The translations under genes and the position numbers were made by a program. The notes under the pieces are model-generated. The model did not search any database. It was given only the letters and a program-made list of their open reading frames with translations, and was not told the origin of the DNA. From positions 21,948,001 through 22,012,000 of the forward strand of contig CM022673.1 of NCBI GenBank assembly GCA_012295275.1: a stretch of DNA of 64,000 nucleotides, written 5' to 3'. The DNA comes from Chrysomallon squamiferum (Eukaryota; Animalia; Mollusca). Below are positions 34,901-48,044 of the stretch, one piece after another (the stretch's first letter is position 1; every line of letters starts with the position of its first letter).

Positions 34901-37900
34901 CCTCAAAATACTTGATCACAAATCGTCTGTATTTAAATATACAAACCGACTTGGCAACGCATGTTTCTGTCGCATGTTTTAAGCTGGTACGTAGACAATA
35001 CAACATCAGTTGATCAAGTGTTGGTGCAAGTACATTGCTGCTTCGTTACGGTGAATGGCCGTTCAAGAATTATTATGTATTTCAAAATGAAGTATTTTAT
35101 TCTTCTAATAGCTTTATTATTTTGAAACAATAAAAAAAATCTCCTGTACTTCAGTAGTACTTTTATAAATGAATGTGTAATATTACTCTATAAAGAAAGC
35201 CCTCACTTCGTGTTTTGTAATGACTCGAAAACAATTGGGGGGAGGGGGGGAATGTATTTAGAGTGACGACGGAGTATAACATTAATAAAATATTCAGCTG
35301 TATATCTGAAATCAATATCTTTAATAACAATACCAATGAGAATGCTTTACATTTGGTCAAATAAACCAGAAAGAAACTAAGGACTGTAAAGTGTACAAAA
35401 TGTAAAACTAATTCGTGCCTTAATAAAATTAGAAGAGAAAGATTTCCATTTGCTGCTGTAATGTACAATATTCCTTTATTCGACCAAACTTTCTCTTGTC
35501 TCCTTTTGGTTAGTGGTTGATGTTGTTTGCGTGTTGGGTTTTTTGTTTGTTTCGGTGGTTTTTCTTGTGGATTTATTTGTGTTTTATTGAAGAATTTTAG
35601 GCTTAATTATGATGTTATGGTACAATAATCAATAAATACAACATGTTGCAAATATCATTATATATTTCCTAAAGAAGTAAAAGGAAACGTACTACCTCAA
35701 GATGAGCTTAGATAAGAAGCTGTTTTATCAACCGGGAAGTAATATTTTACTGTGTACAGAAAAGATAACAAGTGAAATACAGGTATGATAATAATCTTAT
35801 TTTATTGTAACTAAGTCAGTGATTGTACCTGATTTGGCCATATGTTTATTTCATCGTTCCTTTCAAATACACACCTAAAATTTAATCAACATAAAGGATA
35901 TTATTTTACTTTAAATTATATACGCAATGGAAATGATAAAGGAAATTATTTAATTAATTAAATATTCATTACTTTCATTTCTGAAGATATACTTATAACC
36001 ATACACTATATATGGATTTTTATGTTGTTGTTTAATATTTTAGGGCTAAAGATATTTTAATTCATTTTACCTTTTTGATTACAATCTATATTGGTGACAG
36101 CTGTTTTTAACTCAAGGTCTATATAATAAATAACGTTAGATATATTCAATACTATTATTGCACAATATATAAATTTTATTAATTTTGTTATTAATTAAAG
36201 ACTAAAAAAAATTAATAGATTTTATAAAAACTGAATCACTCTGTGTAAACCGATGTTGTCAGATGATTCAGAATGTGTCACACAAAAATTCTCACTGATT
36301 AATCCAAAATGAATATTTATATTTGTTATTTTGAAAGCTTTAATATATAATTATTTATTTTTAAAGCTGTATTATTATATAGCCTCTTTTGGTCCGTGAC
36401 AACTGATAATCTGGAAACACTTCAGAAACAAAGGTTCCAGAAAACTGGTGATGTATTTGTAGAATAATAATAGTAGTAGTAGTGCCAACAGCAGCAGGAG
36501 CATCGATTCCCTGATATTAATAACTATAAAATAAAGATTTATCATGCAATGCTAAAAGGAAATGTGAATGGCAAGAATATTGGCCAGTTAAATGTTTAGT
36601 GAATAGCATTTTTTTTTTTTTTTCCACCTTGAATTCAGTCCTTAATACTTAACATGTTATATATAACAATTGAAATAAAAGGGTCTGGAACTCTGTCTCT
36701 AAAATAACCGGACAAGCATATAGCAAGTCATAATTTCAAAATACTTGTTACCACTCAGCTCTTTAAAATGCTGAAATCTGTTGGGCATCAGTGTCATCAT
36801 CATAAAGAGGCTGGACTGTAAATCTTGTAGTTTTTCAATGCATCATTTTTTAGTTTATGAAAGATCCAATATTGATGTTACATGTTTGAATAATTTTATA
36901 AAATAAAAACGTATATTCATTCAAAAAGTTACTTAGTTTACACTTCAGAAAAATACTCTATTTTATTCCTTCAGTATAATAATTATTAGATATAAAATTA
37001 TTAACAACTGATATGATCACACTGAGTTTTGATCACCGTTTTAACACGTAAAAGCTAATGATCATTAACCGTGAAATATATTGGTGTCATTAAACAAATA
37101 ACTGCAGTTCTATAACAGATTGGATTTATAACTACATGTATGAACCATATTCCAGTACATGGGAATACAATGAAAAGCCTTCCATTACTTAATAAAAAAT
37201 AATAAATTAATAAATAAAAATAAATATATAATGTTGAGATTTAAATAAGGTTTCTTTAATGGTATAATTTCTTTCAGTACATAATAGATATCCATAATTA
37301 ATTCTTACTTTTATGAACCATGTAAATTACTTTTGTTCTTTTTCATTTTTATAGTATTTAAAATGTAGTATTTAATGATTTACTATAGTGCTAAAAATGT
37401 ATCTTTTTATTTGCTTAGAACCTTTATTTTTAATTTCATTGAAAATGTTTTGGGATTAAATGGTCCCTTTTTAGTTTCTTTTGAGTGGAATTTTTCAGAT
37501 GCAGAACAAAACCCAAAATGCTGTAAATATATAATCAATTTATAGATTCTTGGGTTTAAGAAATCTAAGCTGTCTGAGGTATCAAAACATTTCATATGTA
37601 CAGTTCATTTAAACGTACATTCATTTGCATGAAGAGTACAGATTACAAGTGAGATAGAGATGTATAGGGAAGTGTGTAAGGATGAGTTGCACTGATGAAC
37701 AGAAAATAATATATAAAATCCACGGTTGGGGTTTTATCCACAATAAAAGGAATTAGCTGGATTGTTTTTGCTGAGGTTTTGTTCTTGTAACACATTTTAG
37801 ATCCAGTCTGTCACTGACTGTATTCATGCTAGAACAGTTAATCAAGAGAAATAAATAACAAAGAACACAATGATTAAAAACACCATATGGATTTAAAGTT

Positions 37901-39274
37901 ATATTAGAAAGTTATTTTACAAAAATGGCTAAAGAAACATTTGTTTTTGTGTGCAGTCTTTAAGGTTCTACAAAACTATCTAAATTTCAGTAAGATTTCT
38001 TTTTCTTACAGCAAAACTTTTATAATCATAAGCAGAATGTGTTCTTGAATAGTGTGAAGTTTTAACTGTAAAACATTCTATCAGGAAGAAAGAAATGAAA
38101 TACAAACCCTGTACAAGATTCATTATTGTTTTGACACAGATTATATAGAGTTAAACTGTATTTTGTATGTTATAAAGTTGTCTTTTTAAAAGTAACATCA
38201 GTGTTTATTCTGAGTGAAATACTTTTGTTTTAAATTTAGCACACAAAAAACAATAATAATAAACAGATGACTTTAAAACGGTATATGCAAAGTCAAGATA
38301 GTTTCATTCTGCAAATATACACTGGAGAGCTCAAAGTTAAAAGAAACAAAATCTAATTGCTACCAAGCAAATCAACTGCTAGATTTACCCAAACTAATTC
38401 CTAATTCATGCTTGTTTGGAACATAATCATTCTAAGATAAAAAGCAATGTAAATGTGACCACTGTAATGTCAGTTTTCCATATACTGTGAAATAATGTCT
38501 TCAGTGAAAATTTAACAAAAAAATAAATAAATGAAAAATAAAAAAATTGCAGAAAAAGCTTCACCAAAAAAAATAGTATATATATATAAGATCTTACATC
38601 TAAGAAAACTAGCTTGTTGTGAATTATGAAACCACATTTGCAAAGAAATTCTACAAGAGTAACGATATGCTATAATGTCAAATGATGCTATACTGTATGT
38701 GTTAAGTAAAGAAGACATTTATTAATAAAAATGTACAGTAATCAACAAAATGTATGAAATTACATTTATGAATTTTTCATTTAAAAAACTCTACAGTGAT
38801 CATTTTAATACATTTCTACATTTGTAACAAATTTCATTTACAATTTAGATTGTTACAAAGACTGAACAAAATGACAAAACAAACCTGAAAATATATCTGT
38901 ATACTTGAGTTTTGCACTACTTACCTGTAGTAATGAAATATTTTAAAAATTATAATTATTATTTTGTATAGCAAACAAATAGTCTGTAAATCATTAACTC
39001 TTTCTTTCAGTTTGATATATGAGACAGAGCTAGCAGAATTTTAATATTAACAACTGGCACAAAAAAGTAAATAAAAAAGTAAAATATATAAATTAGAAAG
39101 AAAGAAAGAAAACAAAAGAAAAAATAAATTTTAAATGTAATGAAAGCTAGTGCATTTACAGCTAATATTAACAGTATTTTCAACAAAAACATCTAGTATT
39201 TTGATCTTCTAGCTGTTTGAAATTTTTATTATTATTAGATGTCTCAGTATGTTATTATTTTTAGACAAAATGCT

Positions 39275-42200
39275 TCAAGATTTCCAGTTTGTGACATCTG
39301 CCATTGCTGTGTGAAGTTTTGTGGAATCTGTAAAAATGTGTGATTTTGTAAATACTCTAATAAAATAATCATACTAATGAAACAAACAAAAATTAAACCA
39401 AATAACACTCTTATTCTGACAAATAATTGATAACATTTAACATTTATCATCGTAAGTAAATGAGTGCATAAACTTATAATAAAAAACAATAATAATAACA
39501 ACAAATCTACTATTTAATAAATTCAGTACACCTTTGTATTTACTATGCAGTCACACATGTGACAAACTCAAATAATGTTTTTAATGTAATAAAAGTTTGT
39601 GTATGTAATACATTTTGCAAAATAAAATATTAACTTATACAGACAATATACTTTAGTAATTACAAATCATAGTGTTAATTATTTAACTTTATAAAAACAA
39701 AGTATACAGATACAAATTAAAATAAAATTTAAGAAATTAAGAAATTAGTCAATAAAAATATTGAATTTTTTACCAGATTTAACAGGAGATTTCTTAAAAA
39801 CTGGAACTGAGTCATCACCGTAAAGTGTAGAAGTTCCAGGATCACCACGTCTCATTTTTCTTAAAAAAAAACACATTTTAATTTTATATTAATAATCTTT
39901 AAAACACACACAAGAAGCTGGCTTTTATTAATGAGAAAAGAATTTAGAATAACAAATGATAGTGCATGGAATGGTAGTACTACATATCTATAGCTTTTGT
40001 TTATCTTTTCAGTGATGAAACTTATCATTACAAACTAAAAAACAACAACTGCAGAAGCATTTTGAAAAGAACAAATCATTTATTTGTTTAATTAAACCAG
40101 AAAGCAAGCTTGCAGTCAGTAACATGCTTACTAATACAGTATGGTAGTTTATGAATACTCACTGAATGAGGCTTGGCAATTTGTAACTGATGCCTACTAC
40201 AGCACGACGACTTCGTTTACAGTTCATCCCATTACTGAAAGCATCATAGTACTATAGTAGCATTTGTTTTACATTTTCTTTCTTAAACCACGTAACTAAT
40301 TATTGATAAGAAATATAATTTAGTTTAATTTTTTTTTCCTCACTGTGCAGATCTTAGTAAACTAATTTTAATGAAACAGTAAGCTATAGTTATGCAAAGA
40401 CTGCAGTTCTTTCAATTAAGAACAGAAATATAGTAAAGAAGTGAAATATTTGAAAATATTTATGCTCGAAGCATATTAAAACATTAACACTAAATTACAG
40501 AAAATGTACTATTTTTAAATTCCAAATATTGTCCACAGTGAAAACACATGGCTTCCTGGAGTGAGAGGAACTGTAACATTTAGTGATGAAAAATCTTGTG
40601 CAAAATTAAATAACTCACTTCTCCAAATTTTCTTTAGGTTCATTATCCTTGCCTTGAATTAATGCCAATTTGCGCTTCAAAATATCTAAACCTAAACTCT
40701 GGGAAGCAAATGTACATTTTTAAATGAAAATACTCAGAAATAAAATAACTTAATTTTTTTTTTAAAGTATTACATGTATATTGATATACATTTTATTTAA
40801 AAAATACACAAGATTATCAGTGAAACAACAAACAATATTAAACTATTTTTATGATACATGAACGTGTCTAGGTAAATTGTGCTGAAAGTGAAGGTAGATC
40901 ATTTAAATAAATACCTGTTGTACTGCATTTTCCAATCCATTCTCTTTTTGTGTTTTATCACCATCTGGACATGATGTTTTTTGAGGAGTGTTATCTGGGG
41001 TCTTTTTAAGCAGATCTTGATGAAACAGCTGTTTTGTCCTGTCAGTTGGTGATTTAGATGTGAACTTACTTTTCTTAACACATTTTAGCATATCCTTTGG
41101 CTTATCATCTTGTGTTTCAGAATTGATACGTAAATCTGTTTTTGAATTAGAATTTTTATCAAACATTGCCAGAAAATTTTTTGTAGTTTTTTTCCTACTT
41201 TTATTCATAGAATTATCCATTTCTTCAGCATTTTCTAAAGTCTGCCCAGAAAAATCACTTTTACTGTGATTTGCAACCTTTCTGTTGATCAATTTTTCAG
41301 TTTTCTTTTTTAGCACATATCTTTCTGGAATCTGTTTTACCAGTCTAGCATCTGTACAGCTTTCTTCTGAATCAGCTATAGACTCCCTGTTGATGCTTTT
41401 CCTGCTCTCACTGAGTGAGCGTGTTAAAGTTCTCCTTCTGCATCTGCCATGAGATCTAGTGCTGAGTTTTTCTGCTAAACTCTGAGGTGATCCAATAGTA
41501 CAATCAACTTCACCAAAATGCTGAGTTTCTTTAATTTTTTTTCTACTTTTACTTGTAGACTTTGAAGTAGGTCCCCTACTTCTAGACCTTCTACTCGAAG
41601 TGGCTGCACCATTCTTTGGAGACGGACTTCCTTTCAGTGGAAGAGTGTACTGCGAACAGGAATCAAAAAGTAATTTGCCATCTCTTTCAGTTGTCTCCCC
41701 ACTTTTCTGTCTATGAACAGAAGTGAATGTGTTTTTGGGGTGATTCTGCACATCAAAAGACTCATCATCATCATCAACTATTCTTTTTCTGCTCTTGCTA
41801 CGGGTAACAGTAATATTTCTTCCATCTTTTTCAATTTCAGAGCCAATTTCAGCCACCTTTTCACTTGAAGTGGCTCTAATTCTGGATGGTATTTCATTTT
41901 CCTTGTTCTCATTACCTCCTCTTTTTACTCCAGGAGAGTTTGATATACTGGATTCCTTCTGAGGCATAGAATGAGTCATGGTTTTACTTTTTTCTGCTGG
42001 ATCAGTAGATATCACTTGTTCAACATCTTTCTCTTTGTCACTTTCCATGGTGTCATCAAGAACAGCCTGTGCATAACTTTGACTGCAGATTGTATCTGAA
42101 GGTCTAGATTGCATTTTTTTACTCTCATATATCAGTTGTGAAGATAATCTTTTACTACTGTGTTTTTCATTCTTTTCATCCTTATTAATTTCTTTCATAT

Positions 42201-45200
42201 TTGTTTCATCGTCTGAAGGAAATGACTCATCCGGTCTGGGCAATTTCTTACTCACTTTAATTTCAGCATTTATGTCATTGGTTTTGTTCATTAGTTCACT
42301 GCTTATTACTCTCTTTCTGCTCATACTTCTTTTCAGATGTTTTTTTTTTTTTAATGTCCTGCCCCGGGATCCAATCTTTTGCTTTTCTTCAGGACTCTGC
42401 TCTATTTCTGAACTGATCTCTTCTCCGCCAGAATTTAATTCTCTGTAGTTAATTCTCTTGCAGCTTCGACTTCGACTTCTACTGCCTCTAGTTTCACTCT
42501 TACTGGTGGACTGAGTAGAAGATGGTCCACAGCTTCTAGGTCTCTTGTTTCTCTCTTTCACAACTGGACTTCCCTTTAAAGGTAAACTGTAAATAGGGCA
42601 GAGGTCTGAGAAAAGTTTAAAAGACTGTTCATCATTTTTATCAGATATTTCTGTTTCTTTTATCTGTGAACTTATGCCATGTTCACTGTCTTTGCTCTTC
42701 GATTTACTTCTGGCTGTCTTTTCATTTTCATTCAGGGATATTTCTGGAAGACTCAGCTTAAAGGAATGTTTTTTGACTGAAACATGAGCTTGGCTCTCAT
42801 CCTCAGAATCAGAAGATGGTTTCCTTTTATTAGCTGTTGCGATAGATGTTTTTTTCTTCTTACTTGTAGTCTGTGTCTTATGATGTATATCAAGTTCATT
42901 GCCATGAACCTTTATATCCGAGTTGCTCTTTCTCCTTCTGCTTCCCTCTTTTGTTTGCTCATCATCTTCACTATCTATCTTTCTGTTTTTAGTTCTTGAC
43001 TTTTTAATAACTGATTTGCCTTTACATTCATCATCTTTTCTGTCATTATCTGGTGTGATTCCATCTGAACATCTGGCTTTGGTTTCCTCTGTTTCAACTT
43101 TCTGATTGCCATCTTGATTATTTTCTTTATCATTGTGCAACGTAGTTTTTAGTTTTTGCAATCTTTCATGGTATTCATTAACTGTGACCTGAGCTGTAGA
43201 TGCAGATTCATTTAAAGAAATATCAAACACTGATGGCTTTTCTTGCAGATAGTTAGGAGTTTTGTCATGAAAATCAAATATATTCTTAGGTTTGGATTTA
43301 TCAGCAGCTATTGCTTCCTGCAATTTTCTCAGCTGTTTCTTGGACTTAGATCTAGCTTTCAGTGGAAGCTTGGTTGGGATAATTTTTCTTGTACCATCAT
43401 TTTCTTTCCTTGCAGCTGCAAATGTCAACTTCCCTGGTTTGGAAACTCTCAGTGAAATTGGTAGTTTTGTTTTCTTATCATCCGTATTATTCTGATTAGT
43501 GCTGGATGAAATATCAATCACTGCAGTAAGTTCCATGTCAGAGTTAAAATAAACTGTTTGATCTTCAGATGAACTGAGACAATGTTCAATATTAGTCTTA
43601 TCTGTACTCTCAATATTAGGTTGTTTAAATGCAGACTGATCATTCTGTGGTTCTTCAGAAATTGTATCTCTTTTGGTTTCTTTAAAATCTTGTGCTTTAT
43701 TAATCATATTTGTGCTTGGAATTTGTGGCTCAGACTGATTGATCTGATTAAGGAAATCTGCAGATGGGTGTTTGACAATTGACTGTGAGATTGTGAGGCT
43801 GTGAGATTGTTTCACAAGAGGATCATGATGTTTAAAAACTGATTGGTCATTAGTCTTAGCTTCCTTACAGGCTGCTCTTCCATTCTGCTCACTCTCACTG
43901 CTGAATGTGTTAATTTTAGGTACACAGAAAGTTTCTCTTTTTCCATTGTTGCTGCTCTCAACCTGGTCAGCACTGATGGGTAATTTGTTACCTTTAGAAG
44001 GTATAAAAGTACCTCTCCTATCAATATCTTTGCCTTTTGGTTTGTCTGCTTTGTTTTCATTTGAATGAACTGATGGTGATAGTAAAACATATGTTCCTCG
44101 TCGAAGTTTCTGTCTCTCATCCTCCTCTGTCTGTTTGTTTTTAAATTTGTTAGCTACCATCTGCTTATCTGGATTCTCATTAGCTTTTTCAGCATCATTA
44201 TTAACAGCACTCTGTTGTTTTACATTTTCCTCCGACGTATTCCTGTACTCTTGTTGCAGGTTTTGACTCTCATCTTCCTCTCCACTTTTATTTTTATCTT
44301 TTTTGTCAATGACAGTCTGCTCATCTGGATTCTCATTACCTTTTGCACCTGTTAGAACTGCACTGTGTTTGTTATTTCCCTTTGATATATTGCTGCACTC
44401 TTGTTCTAGTTCCTGTTTCTCACCTTCCTCTCTGTATTTGTATGTATCTTTAGTAATTTTCTGATTTATTAAATTATCATTAGATTTAACATCGTTCTGA
44501 ACTGCACTCTCAGGTTTATTACTTTTGTTTGGTGTCCTGCTGTTCCTACAAACCAGATTCTCAACTTCAGTTTCAAGAACATTAGGCTTGGTTGTACTAG
44601 CCAACTTGTTTAACTGATCATGCTTTAGCACATGTTTAGGAATACCATAATTTGTTTTCTGTTTTTCTAACAAGTCTGTGACGTCTTCAGCCACAGCTGA
44701 CTCTACTACTGTTTTAAAAAAAAAAAATTAAAAATGCTAAACAATTTATGTATTTGAATTAATACAAACAAATTATCTTTTCCTTAAATATATACTGTAT
44801 ATCTTAAAATGTTTATTATCTAAAGGTTATAAACATATTTCAGTGTTTGGAGGTTCTGAAATATTTTTCATAGATGTTTGTTGATCTTTCCATAGTCTTC
44901 CTGAAATTTCCCATCATACAGTATGTACATGTACTGATTAGCATTCAAATGTCTCAGTGGATTTCAAAATTATGTTACATATAACATGTTCTAGGAGAAC
45001 AAACTAGAACAAAATTTTAAAATTACACATGTCATTTATCCATATATGCAGCATATTCATAAACCTGTGCTGAACTCCAGTAAAATATTAAAATATATAA
45101 CAAAGGTAACAAACCTGCAGGAAGACATGCATTGTGTACATGGTTTGGTGAACCAGCAATAACTGACTTTTCCAGTATCATGCTCATTTCAGCAATAATA

Positions 45201-47517
45201 TCATCTTGCTGTATAGTAGCTGTATCAAGATCATCCTTTAAAAGTGGGCTGTTTTTCAAATCAGATGACCGATAAACCATTTCCCTGACATTATATAAAA
45301 CAATAATTACAATATTAGTTTCTTGTAAAACTGTAGATAAAAGTTCTGGTATCCTATGATCTGCAGAATCATAATCAGAATAAACAAATATATAGAGATA
45401 TATGGATTTGTTCTAACAAAAATGTACCGAAGATTATGTATATATATATAAACACATACAAACCTGTCTTGTCTATTTCCCACTTTTTAACAGAACTACT
45501 AAATTAAAGATTCAATGTTATTAGTATAAATCTATTTAATTAATATGTTTGTTGAAAAGGTATATTAATTAGGTATAAACAGATAAATTATGAATTTTCA
45601 TGAGGCTCTTATTATAAAAGAATTATTTAAAACCTGTTCTTTCTACTGCGTACTGGAGATCTGTCATCATCTGATGTAGTGAATCCAATGGAGGAACCCC
45701 TGGGATTTGAACACTGAGAGAGCCGAGAAGAAAAGCATTCTTCCATGGCTTGTTGAATGTACAGCCCAGCATCAAACAGATGTGTACTAGTTTGGAGAAG
45801 CAGGCTCTTCAAATGTCTTAGTTTTGCCTAAAAATAATTTAATTATATAATTATATAAAACATTACATTTCTATTATGGCATTTTTGTTGGGTTTCGCAT
45901 ATTTTTGTTGTTGTTTTTGTTTAATTCTTATTATTGTAGGTTCAGGTTTTTTGAATTTTCAGTAGAATGAAAAGATTTTTCTTTTCAAAATTCCAAGATT
46001 TTATCAACTTTGTATTTAAATTTTCCAGTATCAATTTTCAACAATCTATAAGATGAAATATCAAAAACCATAACCTCAATTCTAGTGTTGGTTTCAGTTT
46101 CAAATTGTTCATCTTTCAAACCAGCCACTCTTGTCAATGTGGCTACTCTTTGTTGAAGTTCTTGTTTTTCTTTTTTCTCCATCATTATCATGTCATTGGC
46201 TGTCCGCAGATCCAGACGAACTTTCTCCAGTGACTGGGCTAGTGCTTTGTTATTGGCTCTTAGTGTTGCCTTTACCACTGATGTATTCACTGATTGTTTG
46301 AAGGGGAAGAAAAACAGTTTTAATGACTAACAAAATATTTTAAGCTTGTATAGTAACTAATATATTTATCTAATCACTTTTCATCTTTCTTTTTTAATCA
46401 TAACAAAAATTATGAAGCGTTGACAGAATACTGAATTATGATATTAAGAGACTTACTAATATTGTTTTTATGCATAGTCATGGATTTTGAAAAAACTTTA
46501 GAATTTATTGATGAATTAAGCTGAAACTTTGGCTTTTTCTTTGCAATTCTTTTCAATTTTGTCCTTTTCTTGGTTCCAGAATCTTCTGTTGTCTTTGTGA
46601 TTTCATCCATTGTATCCTTAAAAATAATAAAATATACTGTCTTTAATAATGTTTCCTATGTAACAGCTAAATATTTATTGCTTAGAAATAATGATCAATT
46701 TCATTTTAAAAAGAGGTTAACAAAAATTACCTGAACATTTGGTAAAAAATTTAAATGACAACAAAAAGTATAAATGAAATATTTAGGATTACCCATTAAA
46801 TACTGGTCAGTTTGAAAATCATATCTATATTTGGGGAAAATAAATAAATAAATAAATAAATAAATAAATATAATTCAAACAAAAAAAATAAAATAAAATA
46901 AACAGTATGATGAATATCATATAAAAGACATTCATCATTCACCCACTGAAGTACATGTGGTTACCATCAGATCAGTGGCATCACATTGATAATATCTAAT
47001 CATTTATAATTATGACGAATCAAGACTTCCAACATTTTTATCTTTTTAGAATTATTAGGTACATGTTTCTTTAAAGATTCTCTTTTAAGAATTATTATAC
47101 CGTTTCATATTCTCATAATCATTAAGATGATTAACTTAATAACAAGTACTACTAAGTAACTTGAAATTATAATTATCAAGTAATTTTTCATAATCATACT
47201 CTTAAATGATGAAATAATCACAGGTCCTCCCTAACTCCAATTCTAATGTCACATACACGCAGCGAACAGTTCACAATAATTTTATTTATGTTGGAAACCC
47301 AAATGTTTGCCGATCAGATTTTCTTTGATGTCAACGGAGGCGACAAATTTAACTTACTACTTTTACTTTACTTAGTAGTTAGTTAATATCTCAGATACAC
47401 TTTTTCTTTTAAGTTCATTTTGAATAACAGAAGAATATATATACGGTTTTTCTTTTTGTCTTTGAGTATTATTGAGTGTTCATATTGTGGATCAGAAATA
47501 TGTATTTATATTACCAT
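39275..47517 (-). CDS. SGO1: Shugoshin (SGO1/SGO2-like), ~1600 aa
   Basis: Exons (minus): 47515-47517 (ATG|gtaata), 46457-46616, 46075-46289, 45634-45827, 45115-45284 (or 45464-45498 plus 45115-45360), 40915-44708, 40619-40698, 40163-40234, 39774-39859, 39275-39327. Minimal sum 4827 nt. N-terminal coiled coil NTSVVKATLRANNKALAQSLEK matches recalled vertebrate SGO2 KISLKHNNRALAQAL. C-terminal basic SGO motif KRSRRAVVGISYKLPSLIQKMRRGDP matches the R..V.YKEP.L..KLRRGDP consensus. Confidence 0.88.
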
Positions 47518-48044
47518 TGCACCGCGGTATTTTCAATAAATAAAGTCAATATCTTCCATTTGTCAACAAAAATGGTCGTTTGTAATTGACCGCTTTTACG
47601 CGCAAAGCTTAACGGGAACTTACATCCGGTTGACTTAAAAAATGAGGCTCAGCGGAATGTTTACTGAATTTGATGACGCATGACCAAACACGAAGTTTTC
47701 CGAAGCAATTATCAATTCCTATCAAACGATAATACAAAAATAAATAAATAAATATAAAAAATAAAAAATAAATATTAAGAAAAACAAAGTTTGAAAATGT
47801 AATTAATGAATTTTAATAATTAAAATAACCAAAAACATTTCTTACAACAGCGGAATAATCCGAACGTCATTGTCGAAATATTCCGAATATAAAGCGGTTT
47901 CAAAAGTCATATGGTACCAACACTAAATATGGCGTAATTGCTCGTAAACAAAAAGTTATTGTTTATATTCGTAAAGATCGATCAGTGGCGGTTGAATGTT
48001 TTTAGCTTATAGTTATATTTTTCTGTCGTTTGAAAATTACTATA
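47518..48044. promoter_or_regulatory. Putative bidirectional promoter between shugoshin (-) and the orphan gene (+)
   Basis: Start codons are ~530 bp apart, head-to-head. The interval is locally CpG-rich and carries E2F-like TTTTACGCGCAAA (~47594-47606), ACGGGAA, ETS-like CATCCGG and CRE-like TGACGCA. Confidence 0.55.

Noticed and set aside
34758-35013. Overlapping 82-aa and 63-aa ORFs in a moderately GC-rich patch
   Set aside because: No homology recognised and no linked exons; more likely upstream regulatory or repeat-derived sequence.
37685-37712. CTGATGA…GAAA resembling a hammerhead ribozyme core
   Set aside because: Only 3 nt separate the core motifs and no flanking helices could be paired.
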